This document shows, piece after piece, positions 21,196 to 29,398 of a DNA stretch of 64,000 nt. How positions within the stretch are numbered: position 1 is the first letter of the stretch; every line of letters starts with the position of its first letter. The DNA comes from an uncultured delta proteobacterium (GTDB taxonomy: Bacteria > Desulfobacterota > Desulfobacteria > Desulfobacterales > JAHEIW01): contig CAVPNL010000011.1 in assembly GCA_963706575.1 (NCBI GenBank), positions 23,560 to 87,559 of the forward strand. Reading direction: 5' to 3'. The notes beneath the pieces are model-generated. The model searched no databases. It had not been told where the DNA came from and saw only the letters and a list, made by a program, of their open reading frames with translations. Both the position numbers and the translations under genes were made by a program.

Positions 21196-21941
21196 TTTTC
21201 AGAACGAATCGGGAGCTCAAGGCAAGCTATAATGAATTAACGGCCGGGGATGTTTTTATCGGCAACCTGTCATTGAAGTATCTCAAACAACCGATGCTCA
21301 TCGATATGCTGGAGCGTGGTATACGCTGCCTGCCGTCACCGCTTGCGCAAATTCTTAACAGTTCCAAAGTCGCCCAGGCATTCATTCTGTATGAATATAT
21401 GCTTCCGCACACGCAGGCGATATCTCGCCGGACAGATTTGATTGAAGCCATAAGCACCTTTGGCAAGAACGGTATCGGGCCTGTTGTGACCAAACAGGAT
21501 GGCATGCACTGCGGCCATGGAGTCCGCCGGTGGGAAACGATTGAAACCCTTTACAGTTTCATGGCCCTGGCTGAATCTTCCTACCCTTTTGTATTGCAGC
21601 CCTTTCGAGAGGGCTTTACAGATGTTCGCGTCATCATTGTGGGAGACTATGTCGAATCCTATACACGCAGCAATCTTTATAATTTCAGGGTAAACTTAAG
21701 TTTTGGCGGCACCGGGTCTGCATACAAACTGGATGAGAAAAAGGAGGCGTTTTGTCGATCTGCCATGCAACGGGGCAGATTCCCGTTTGCGCACCTGGAT
21801 TTAATGATTTTTGAAAACGGCGAATGTTGTCTGTCGGAAATCACGTTAAACGGTGGAATAAAAGGGGCCCGGATCGGCAGGCAGGAACTGGATGAGAAAA
21901 AAGAGGCATTCCTGGAAAAAATGGCCGGGAAAAATGCCTAA
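21192..21941 (+). CDS. RimK-like ATP-grasp protein
   Basis: ATGA overlap with ddl; LNSSKVAQ, PVVTK....CG.GV, VLQPF, DVRVIIVG, FR.NL..GG, AHLDL. Confidence 0.75.
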   Translation: MIFRTNRELKASYNELTAGDVFIGNLSLKYLKQPMLIDMLERGIRCLPSPLAQILNSSKVAQAFILYEYMLPHTQAISRRTDLIEAISTFGKNGIGPVVTKQDGMHCGHGVRRWETIETLYSFMALAESSYPFVLQPFREGFTDVRVIIVGDYVESYTRSNLYNFRVNLSFGGTGSAYKLDEKKEAFCRSAMQRGRFPFAHLDLMIFENGECCLSEITLNGGIKGARIGRQELDEKKEAFLEKMAGKNA

Positions 21942-22065
21942 AATGACTAAAATGAGCTAAAATGCCTAAAGTTAAGGTTTCGCTCGCGCTCCATCTTTAT
22001 TTAATATGATAGAATTCCTCAACTTTAGGCATTTTAGTTCATTTTACATTTTAGTTCATTTTAAA
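21931..22065. repeat. Family B inverted decamer element (AAATGCCTAA / TTAGGCATTT)
   Basis: Tandem AAAATG(C/A)CT units, core GGTTTCGCTCGCGCTCCATCTTT...AGAATTCCTCAA, then inverted units; overlaps the stop of the upstream gene. Confidence 0.85.
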
Positions 22066-22084
22066 ACAGCATAAGGAGGAGAAT

Positions 22085-22618
22085 TTGAGCGCAGAACAGA
22101 AAAAACAGAGTGATTCCGGTGGGTCAGCTAAAGTGGGCATTGTCATGGGAAGTGATTCTGATATGGGCGTCATGCAAAGTGCGGCGGATGTCTTAAAAGA
22201 TTTCGGTGTTGCTTTTGAAATAACGGTTGCATCCGCACACAGAAGCCCCCAGCGGGCGGCAGTGTGGGCGTCCACCGCCCCCGAGCGCGGCATCAAAGTT
22301 ATTATCGCCGGGGCGGGACATGCCGCTCATCTGGCCGGAGCCATGGCGGCTCATACCAGCCTTCCCATCATTGGCGTTCCCATCGACTCTTCCTGTTTAC
22401 AGGGAATGGACGCCCTGTTGGCGACCGTTCAGATGCCGCCCGGTATCCCGGTAGCCACCATGGCGATTGGAAAACCCGGTGCCAGAAACGCTGGAATCCT
22501 GGCCGTTCAAATCCTGGCCCTGGCAGATGCCGGTCTTGCCGAAAAACTGCAAGAATACAAAAAGGATATGGCGGCCAAGGTCGAACAAAAAGCGAAAAAG
22601 CTTGAAGGTTCAAGCTAG
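22085..22618 (+). CDS. purE: N5-carboxyaminoimidazole ribonucleotide mutase
   Basis: VGIVMGSDSD, SAHRSP, IIAGAG.AAHL.G, VQMPPGIPVAT; AGGAGG RBS with TTG start. Confidence 0.96.
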   Translation: MSAEQKKQSDSGGSAKVGIVMGSDSDMGVMQSAADVLKDFGVAFEITVASAHRSPQRAAVWASTAPERGIKVIIAGAGHAAHLAGAMAAHTSLPIIGVPIDSSCLQGMDALLATVQMPPGIPVATMAIGKPGARNAGILAVQILALADAGLAEKLQEYKKDMAAKVEQKAKKLEGSS

Positions 22619-22773
22619 GCTGGCAGGCTATAACGCTGGAAGGCTGGAAGGCTCTGAAGCGTGGGGATTTCCGGGTTTTAAGGCTTCATAGCTTTCCAGC
22701 CTCCTTGCTTCCCAGCCGATTCGTTTTTTTTGAATTTTTGAACCTTTGAACCCTGAACCTTTGAACCTTGAAC
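22605..22773. repeat. Composite AGGCTGG/CCAGCCT plus TGAACC repeat
   Basis: Inverted octamer units followed by TTTGAACC tandem units running into the tsaC start. Confidence 0.65.
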
Positions 22774-23409
22774 GTACAGATAAAAAAAATCGACCCCATC
22801 CATCCTGACCCCGAATTGATAAAAGAAGCGGCGGGGTTTATTAAACAGGGCGGGGTGATTGTATTTCCCACCCGATGTCTTTACGGGCTGGGCGCCGATG
22901 CGATGAATCCCATCGCCGTTGAACGCATCATCGAGATAAAACAACGCCCGGCAGAGAATCCCATCCTGGTTTTGATCCATTCTAAAAAACAACTGGAGAT
23001 GCTGGTTGAAAAAATACCGCCGGATGCAGATGCCATTATGGAAGCATTCTGGCCCGGCAGGGTGACCCTTGTCTTTGATGCCCGGGGTACATTGCCGGGT
23101 TTGCTGACTGCCCAAACCGGCAAAATCGGGGTGCGCCTTCCCGGACATCCGGTAGCCGCGGCAATGCTGGGACAGGTAAAAGGCCCCGTTACCGGAACCA
23201 GCGCCAATCTATCGGGCCGCCCGGGGTGTAACCGCTTGTCGGATATTGACCCCCAAATTACCGGCCAGGCGGATCTTGTCCTGGATGCCGGCACACTGCA
23301 AGGCGGAGTCGGCTCCACCGTTGTCGATGTCACTGCGGAGCCGCCGCGGATTCTAAGAGAAGGTCAGGTCACTGCCGACGACATATGGGGGGCATTAACT
23401 GAAATATAG
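22768..23409 (+). CDS. tsaC: L-threonylcarbamoyladenylate synthase (TsaC/YrdC/Sua5 family)
   Basis: VFPT..LYGLGADA, IK.RP..NP, FWPG..TLV, GVRLP.HP, TSANLSG, STVVD, ILREG. Confidence 0.9.
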   Translation: MNVQIKKIDPIHPDPELIKEAAGFIKQGGVIVFPTRCLYGLGADAMNPIAVERIIEIKQRPAENPILVLIHSKKQLEMLVEKIPPDADAIMEAFWPGRVTLVFDARGTLPGLLTAQTGKIGVRLPGHPVAAAMLGQVKGPVTGTSANLSGRPGCNRLSDIDPQITGQADLVLDAGTLQGGVGSTVVDVTAEPPRILREGQVTADDIWGALTEI

Positions 23410-23630
23410 AAGCCATATTAAAAATAGCAGATCACGTTCAAAAAACACATAACAACGAGTGACTAAAGTGAACTAAAGTGGGAAGTGCCTAAAGTTTCGG
23501 TGTCGCGATGCTCCATCTTTATAAAGATGACAGAATTCCATAACTTTAGGCACTTTAGATCACTTTAGGCATTTTAGGCACTTGATCCGTTCCATGCCCA
23601 TTAGATAACTTTTAACTTTAGTGCACTGTA
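23407..23630. repeat. Family B element
   Basis: AAGTGCCTAA/TTAGGCACTT units around a GGTGTCGCGATGCTCCATCTTT core; begins TAGAAGCCATATTAAAA at the tsaC stop. Confidence 0.8.
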
Positions 23631-23663
23631 ACTAATGCATTTTTGTTTTGGATTCTAATCTTG

Positions 23664-23692
23664 TTGACAACTTCCGGCAAGTTGCTTATAAA
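23664..23692 (+). promoter_or_regulatory. Sigma70 promoter of tRNA-Leu
   Basis: TTGACA-17 bp-TATAAA ending 11 bp before the tRNA. Confidence 0.75.
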
Positions 23693-23703
23693 AACTCCGA
23701 ATT

Positions 23704-23790
23704 GCCGGGGTGGTGAAACTGGTAGACGCACTGGACTCAAAATCCAGCGGGGCTTGCTCCATGCGGGTTCGATTCCCGCCCCCGGCACCA
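23704..23790 (+). tRNA. tRNA-Leu (CAA)
   Basis: GCCGGGG/CCCCGGC acceptor stem, CTGGA-CTCAAAA-TCCAG anticodon arm, long variable arm, GGTTCGATTCC, CCA; 87 nt. Confidence 0.96.
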
Positions 23791-23799
23791 ATAAACAAC

Positions 23800-23830
23800 A
23801 AAGGGTTGGCCATCTTAGCCAACCCTTTTT
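23800..23830 (+). terminator. Intrinsic terminator after tRNA-Leu
   Basis: AAAGGGTTGGC-CATCTTA-GCCAACCCTTT followed by a T tract. Confidence 0.8.
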
Positions 23831-24004
23831 ATGTTCAATTGGTTATATTGGTTCAATTGGTTTTATTCGTTAATTCTGAACCAATTAGACCAATTAGACC
23901 AATCGAACCAATAAAACAAGATGATACCTTTCATCTGTCGCCTGAAGATATGTTTGCCCGATTAAACCAAAAACTGCTTCAGCGCGACGAGCGTTTCTTT
24001 TTCC

Positions 24005-24364
24005 TTACCAGGAGCCTTCAACATTAGCGCTGTCAGCAAACGATACTTTGCCTTCACTGCAAGCAATTACCGCATCCCTGACTGTTCCGGTCACATCATT
24101 GGCCACTTTTACTCCTGCGGCATTGAGGGTTTTAAACGCATTTGGCCCACAATAACCTGTCAGCAAAACTTTCGCACCCCGATCACTTATCATGACGGCG
24201 GCCTGAATGCCGGCCCCCTTAAACGCATTTACATTCTCTGAATTATCCAGCACCTCAAACCCATGATCGAGCGTATCAACAATAAGGATGTAAGCCGCCC
24301 GACCAAATCTGGGATCCATTGGTGAATCTAAATCTTTGCCCTTGGATGTTATTGCTATTTTCAA
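24005..24364 (-). CDS. NifB/NifX family protein (Orange-protein-like)
   Basis: TTG start after GAGGAGG; KIAITS.G, DPRFGRA, GAGIQAA, TG.CGPNAF. Confidence 0.88.
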   Translation of the reverse strand: MKIAITSKGKDLDSPMDPRFGRAAYILIVDTLDHGFEVLDNSENVNAFKGAGIQAAVMISDRGAKVLLTGYCGPNAFKTLNAAGVKVANDVTGTVRDAVIACSEGKVSFADSANVEGSW

Positions 24365-24393
24365 TTGCAGTTCCTCCTCAATTCGGGATGCAC

Positions 24394-24774
24394 TCAACCG
24401 CCCCCGCCGCCACACACTTGGTCATCGGTGATTTCAGGTAGTTTGCCTGCTATTAAGTCTTCCACCACTGGCTTTATCTCAGCTCGTAATGAATCATGAT
24501 ACACCTCAATTCCAGCCTGTTTGAATCCCATCAGTGGCCGCATGCCGATTCCTCCGACCACAAGGGCATTTACATTGTGGCTCGCAAGCAGATTGACCGG
24601 TACCATGCAGCCGCCCTGAACATGTTCCTGATTTTGAACGGTCGAAACTTTTTTTATCTCTCCATTTTCAACATCGATAAAGGTAAACACATCGCAGTGA
24701 CCAAAATGTCCGGACCTGGTTGCGTCCAAACCACCGTTCCCATTTGATGGAACTGCTATTCTTCCGTTTCTCAT
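24394..24774 (-). CDS. NifB/NifX family protein
   Basis: RIAVPS, SGHFGHC, H..GGC..PV, GGIG.RP, C-terminal CGGG. Confidence 0.88.
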   Translation of the reverse strand: MRNGRIAVPSNGNGGLDATRSGHFGHCDVFTFIDVENGEIKKVSTVQNQEHVQGGCMVPVNLLASHNVNALVVGGIGMRPLMGFKQAGIEVYHDSLRAEIKPVVEDLIAGKLPEITDDQVCGGGGG

Positions 24775-24907
24775 AATGATAAGTTCTCCTTGTTTGTTTT
24801 AATTTATTCTATCCAACCTTCGTGATCTTCGTTTTCTTCGTGGTGAGATAACTATCGAAGGTATTCAACTGGAGATTTCCAGATAACCACATTAATTTAT
24901 TTTAAAT

Positions 24908-25312
24908 TTAGCGCTCCGCTGCTTGTTCAGCCAGATTTAGAATCGTTTTCAGTTGTCTGAGCAATTTTTCAGCCTGTTCTTGCCCCGGTCTGACCGGTAA
25001 TTGCATCAGTATACCCAATCCTTCGCTGGCCTCATGGAAATCGGCAGGCAAAAGCGAGGTGACCGCAGCACAGTTGACCATGGGCTTAATTGAGATAACA
25101 TTTTCGATAAATTCGAGGCCGGTCATATCGCTGAGATTTTCATCCGTGACGACAAGATCAAAGCGTCCTTCTGCGATCTTGACGATTGCATTGCTGCCGG
25201 ATTCCGCCCATGCTGTCCGAACCTGATTTTCTTCCAGGCCTGCTTTAAAGGCGGACATAGAGGCTTTATCCTGGCTTACCAGTAAAACCCTAATTATTTT
25301 TTGTTTACCCAT
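24908..25312 (-). CDS. Atypical single-domain response regulator
   Basis: Receiver-like VLLV, DLVVTD..L.DMTGLEFI; lacks the canonical acidic pair and KP. Confidence 0.7.
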   Translation of the reverse strand: MGKQKIIRVLLVSQDKASMSAFKAGLEENQVRTAWAESGSNAIVKIAEGRFDLVVTDENLSDMTGLEFIENVISIKPMVNCAAVTSLLPADFHEASEGLGILMQLPVRPGQEQAEKLLRQLKTILNLAEQAAER

Positions 25313-26179
25313 TTATAAATTCAGTTTGTTTGACAAAGCATTCCAGATTTCTTTGACTGCATGCCCTGCTTTAGATTCACTGTTATATTCAATAATCGTT
25401 TGGCCCTTTACCATGGCCTTTGTGAAGACCGGATCGAAGGGGATTCTTCCCAAACAGGACATACCTTCATCTTTGGCAAAATTTTCTATATCCCGCGTCA
25501 GATCAAGGTTCAGGTCATATTTATTGACGCACACCATGGCCGGCACATTGAAATGGTTTGCCAGTTGTACCACTCGTTCCATATCGTGAATACCCGAAAG
25601 GGTAGGTTCGGCCACAATAAGTACAGCGCTGGCGCCGCCAATGGATGCAATGACCGGACAGCCGACCCCCGGGGGACCATCCGTAAGGATCAGATCAAGA
25701 TTTTTTTCATCTGCCAGTCTTTTAGATTCCTGTCGCACGAGGGTTACCAGTTTGCCGGAATTTTCCTCAGCAATTCCGAGTCGGGCATGAACCATGGGAC
25801 CGAAGCGGGTTTCTGCATAAAACCATTGACCGCATGTATTTTCCGGAAAATCGATCGCCTTTTCCGGGCAAAAGTAGACACATACACCACAGCCCTCGCA
25901 GTCTATATGATTGACTTTAAAATCATTGCTGATTGCGCTAAACCTGCAAAGGTCCAAACACAGTCCGCATTCGGAACATTTGTTTCTATCAATATTGGCA
26001 GTGTGACCTGATTTGAAATCAGCACGCATGGATATATGCGGGTCCATAAGCAGGTGAAGATCAGCCGCGTCTACATCTGCATCACATAGAACTTTGCTTT
26101 CAGCTAATGATGCAAATGCCGCAATTAAACTGGTTTTACCGGTGCCGCCTTTACCGCTTATGACAATCAATTCTTTCAT
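25313..26179 (-). CDS. MinD-superfamily P-loop ATPase with inserted 4Fe-4S ferredoxin domain
   Basis: SGKGGTGKT, DADVDAADL, CSECGLC...C, CEGCGVC...CP, DGPPGVGCPVIAS. Confidence 0.92.
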   Translation of the reverse strand: MKELIVISGKGGTGKTSLIAAFASLAESKVLCDADVDAADLHLLMDPHISMRADFKSGHTANIDRNKCSECGLCLDLCRFSAISNDFKVNHIDCEGCGVCVYFCPEKAIDFPENTCGQWFYAETRFGPMVHARLGIAEENSGKLVTLVRQESKRLADEKNLDLILTDGPPGVGCPVIASIGGASAVLIVAEPTLSGIHDMERVVQLANHFNVPAMVCVNKYDLNLDLTRDIENFAKDEGMSCLGRIPFDPVFTKAMVKGQTIIEYNSESKAGHAVKEIWNALSNKLNL

Positions 26180-26207
26180 GGTCAGGGTAAATTTTAGTGT
26201 TTGGTGT

Positions 26208-27048
26208 TTAGTGTTTTAAAAGACGCTTAATTTGATCATAAAGACCTAAAAATCTGTCCTTCCATTCCGGTATTACATCAACCAGCATCTCTCCCCTTGA
26301 ATAGGCTTCGGCAATCTGTCGATCAAAAGGAATTTCCATCAGAATCGGTAGGTCCGTTTGATGGGCATATTTTCTGACTTTGTCATCGCCCAGATCAGAT
26401 CGATTGATGACCAATCCCAACGGAATATTGAGTATTTGAGCCGCGCCGACTGCCAATTTTAAGTCATGCAGGCCAAAAGGAGTGGGTTCTGTGACCAGAA
26501 GCACAAAGTCGGTATCTTTCATGGACGCAATAACCGGACATGAAGTTCCCGGAGGCGCATCAATGATAGTGAGTTTATCCGGATTTTCAAAGGAACGTAC
26601 TTTTTTGATCAGCGGCGGAGACATGGCTTCACCTACCCGCAACTTGCCGTGAATGAACTCAATGCCATTGCTGTGGCCTTTTTGAATGACACCGAGTTCC
26701 CGACCACTTTGCGTGATGGCGCCTTCCGGACAGACTTCCCAGCATCCGCCGCAGCTATGACAGAGTTCTTCAAAAACCAATACATTTTCATTCACGACTG
26801 CAATGGCCTTAAACTGGCAGATGTCTGCACATTTTCCGCAATAGGTGCACTTTTCTTCATTGACTTCCGGCACCGGCATGAAAAACGGTCTCCGATTCTT
26901 CGAATGAAGGATTGATAAAAAGGTGCGCATTGGGTTCTTCCACATCACAGTCCAGCAACTGAACATTGGAACCCATCGATCGGGCCAAATTTGTCGCCAC
27001 CGTTGTTTTACCGGTCCCGCCTTTTCCACTGGCAATGCTGATAATCAT
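26208..27048 (-). pseudogene. Paralogous P-loop ATPase with ferredoxin domain, one frameshift near 26880-26886
   Basis: MIISIASGKGGTGKTT...DCDVEEPN in one frame, MPVPEVNEEKCTYCGKC...DAPPGTSCPVI in another; one extra T in GTTTTTC joins them. May be an assembly error. Confidence 0.8.
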
Positions 27049-27079
27049 ACCAAAGCGTCTTTCAATCAGATCGTTTTTG

Positions 27080-27583
27080 CTAACTGCGCCGTATACCGCC
27101 ACCGCGCCCCATGCCCCGGCCCGAACCTTGGCGCACTCCGCGTCCACCACCCTGGCCCATCCCGCGCCCGCCACCCGATGGCTTTCCTGCTCCGATACGG
27201 TCACGGCGTCCGCCGCCGCCCATGCCGAAATGACGGCCAACGGTGGATTGGGCTATGAGATTAAGTGTATCGTTTTTATACCTTTCCACGACTTCTCTGA
27301 TGGTGCCTTGCTGTTCCGTAAATATTTCAATTCCGGCGGCCAAAAGTGTTTGAACGGCATTCGGCCCGACATCACCGGTGATCACTGCAGCCACACTTTT
27401 ATCTGCCAGAAATTGGGCTGCCTGGATGCCGGCTCCGCTGCTTTGAGCGGCGCTTTGGTTATCAAAAGCCTCATACCGCATGTCCGCCGGATCAATGACC
27501 AAAAACCAGGCGCAGCGACCAAAGCGCGGATCGATGGGAGAATCCAAAGTTTTACCTGACGAACTAATAGCGATTTTCATCAC
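27080..27583 (-). CDS. NifB/NifX family protein with Gly/Arg-rich tail
   Basis: KIAISS.G, DPRFGRC, GAGIQAAQ, then GRGMG repeats; GGAGG RBS. Confidence 0.88.
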   Translation of the reverse strand: MMKIAISSSGKTLDSPIDPRFGRCAWFLVIDPADMRYEAFDNQSAAQSSGAGIQAAQFLADKSVAAVITGDVGPNAVQTLLAAGIEIFTEQQGTIREVVERYKNDTLNLIAQSTVGRHFGMGGGGRRDRIGAGKPSGGGRGMGQGGGRGVRQGSGRGMGRGGGIRRS

Positions 27584-27633
27584 ACAACCTCCCTGTCATT
27601 ATTGGGTGCCGAGCAAAAACACCACATTTATAA

Positions 27634-27681
27634 TGAGTATATGCTCAAAACAAATGTAATCAATGACAATTCAGTTGTCAA
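27634..27681 (-). promoter_or_regulatory. Sigma70 promoter with downstream palindromic operator
   Basis: Minus strand TTGACA-17 bp-TACATT, then the TGAGTATATGCTCA palindrome at 27634-27647. Confidence 0.6.
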
Positions 27682-27792
27682 GGTATTTTTGTCCAAAACA
27701 CTGAAATTGATTTACGATTTATTAAATTTGCTGGATTGGCGCAACGGATTTACATTGCGGTAGACTTCACCGTTTATCAAGCACGTTTAGGT

Positions 27793-29100
27793 CTAAGCAC
27801 CATAAACGGCCACCTCTTTGAGGTCATCCTGCAGATATTCGCGTTCGTTTTCCCCCAGAATACCCATTGCCAGACATATGATGGTCCACAGATGCACCAC
27901 CCCGTAGCCGCCGCCGTAGTGCTCACTGAGTTCGTGAATTTGGGCATGGCAGTTGTGACAGCCGGCAATGCAATAGTCGGCTTTGGTGTTTTGAATTTGA
28001 TTGTCTTTTAAGCGGCCAAATTCCAGACGCGCTTCTTTGTAGCCGGACTGCAGAAAACCGCCGCCACCGCCGCAGCAATAATTGTTGGAGCGGTTGGGGT
28101 GCATCTCGATAAAGTTTTCTTCGCCCACCACGGTTTTAACCACATAGCGCAGATCTTCGGCGATGGGGTCACCGAAAGTCTTTCGTACGATCTGGCAGGG
28201 ATCCTGGACCGTAAACTTGATTTTTAAGTCCTTGTTCCAATCGGAATTGACCTTCAGTTTGCCTTCGCGGATCCATTTGGCGTAGTATTCATAGATGTTT
28301 TTAACCTCGAATTTGTGGTCGATGTTGAATTTTTTCAGTCCTGCCAGGACTGAGAAGGTGACGTGCCCTCACTCGGTATTGAGATATATCTTGCAGCCCA
28401 GGTCATCGGCCTGTTTGGCCGTTGTGCGCACAATGTGTTCCCAGGCCTCAGTGTCGGCCAGAAACATGCAATAGTTTTCCCCTCCCCAGCCTTTGGACCC
28501 ATAGGTCCAGTCGGCGCCCACCAGGTGAAGGATTTTCCACAGCGGCACCATTTCATCGGGCTCGGTCACCGGCTCTCTGGAATTCTGATTTAAAAAGAAA
28601 TACGCCCCCTGTTTGTCAATGGGTGCCTGCATGTCTTTAAAATCCGGCTGGGCTTCCTGGTATTCTTCTAAAACATCTTCCACCACGAAGGTGAAATCTT
28701 CCGGCGATGCCCCCATGGCACTGCAGCTGTCATTTCTCAGGGCCATATCGCAGGATCCTAAAATGCCCTTGGGGCGTTCTTCCCGCGGCCGGGTGCTACG
28801 AACGTTGAACACCAGTTGCGGGATATCAATTTTCATCGGACACACATAGATACAGCGCTGGCACTGGGTACACATCCAGGCCCAATCGGAGGCAAGCAGT
28901 TCATCGTCCATTCCCAGGGCCGCCATGCGCAAAAATTTTCTGGGATCCATGCCTTCAAGGCCCGTGGCCGGACAGCCCGAAGAACAGGCCCCGCACGTCA
29001 AACACAGATTTAAATTGCCGCCTTCGGGCAGCAGCTCCATGACTTTGTCCATAAAACGGCTTTTCTTCTTGCCACCTAATTTGATAACTTCTTCTGGCAT
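27793..29100 (-). CDS. Fe-S oxidoreductase (HdrD/GlpC-like, 4Fe-4S plus CCG domains), probable selenoprotein, 435 aa
   Basis: CLTCGACSSGCP and CTQCQRC...CP. In-frame TGA at 28369-28371 in NTE-U-GH. The frame stays open through QDPC, NYCCGGGGG and CHNC to the stop at 27793. Confidence 0.88.
28335..28353 (-). promoter_or_regulatory. Candidate bacterial SECIS hairpin
   Basis: TCAGTCCT-GGC-AGGACTGA perfect stem with a G-containing loop, starting 15 nt after the UGA. Confidence 0.7.
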
Positions 29101-29192
29101 TGGATCCTCCTTATCTTGCGTTTGGATCTTTTAATTGCCGTGACAACAAAATTCCGCCAAGGAAGGGCCGGGGGTTTAACGCCATAACAATA

Positions 29193-29239
29193 TGAGCATA
29201 TGCACGAAATAAAATAGCTGATGAAACCCTGACTGTCAA
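29193..29239 (-). promoter_or_regulatory. Sigma70 promoter with downstream palindromic operator
   Basis: Minus strand TTGACA-17 bp-TATTTT, then TGAGCATATGCACG at 29193-29206. Confidence 0.55.
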
Positions 29240-29398
29240 GATCTATTAAGCGGAAGGTATAAAATTCAGAGAACAAAACCCGTGAAAGGTGTGGCAGGCG
29301 ACTTCTAATTATTTGAAAGGTCGGGGAGTTTTTTTCGATTCAGTCGCTACATGAACAATCGCTCTCTGTAAGGATTTGAATGAAAAACGCCCTGACCC

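Noticed and set aside
17531..23790. Genomic island integrated at tRNA-Met or tRNA-Leu
   Set aside because: No integrase and no duplicated tRNA 3' end were seen, and the flanking genes are housekeeping genes.
23643..24027. ORFs 23643-23873 and 23710-24027
   Set aside because: They read through tRNA-Leu, its terminator and a repeat.
26875..26890. Programmed -1 ribosomal frameshift
   Set aside because: Restoring the frame needs a +1 shift, and there is no X-XXY-YYZ heptamer in frame.
24005..27583. Nitrogen fixation cluster
   Set aside because: The NifB/NifX-like domains occur with ferredoxin-ATPases, as in Orange-protein-type operons; there is no nifHDK.
28369..28371. Nonsense mutation making the oxidoreductase a pseudogene
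   Set aside because: The TGA falls on a Cys-motif position with a downstream hairpin and an intact frame, which fits selenocysteine better.
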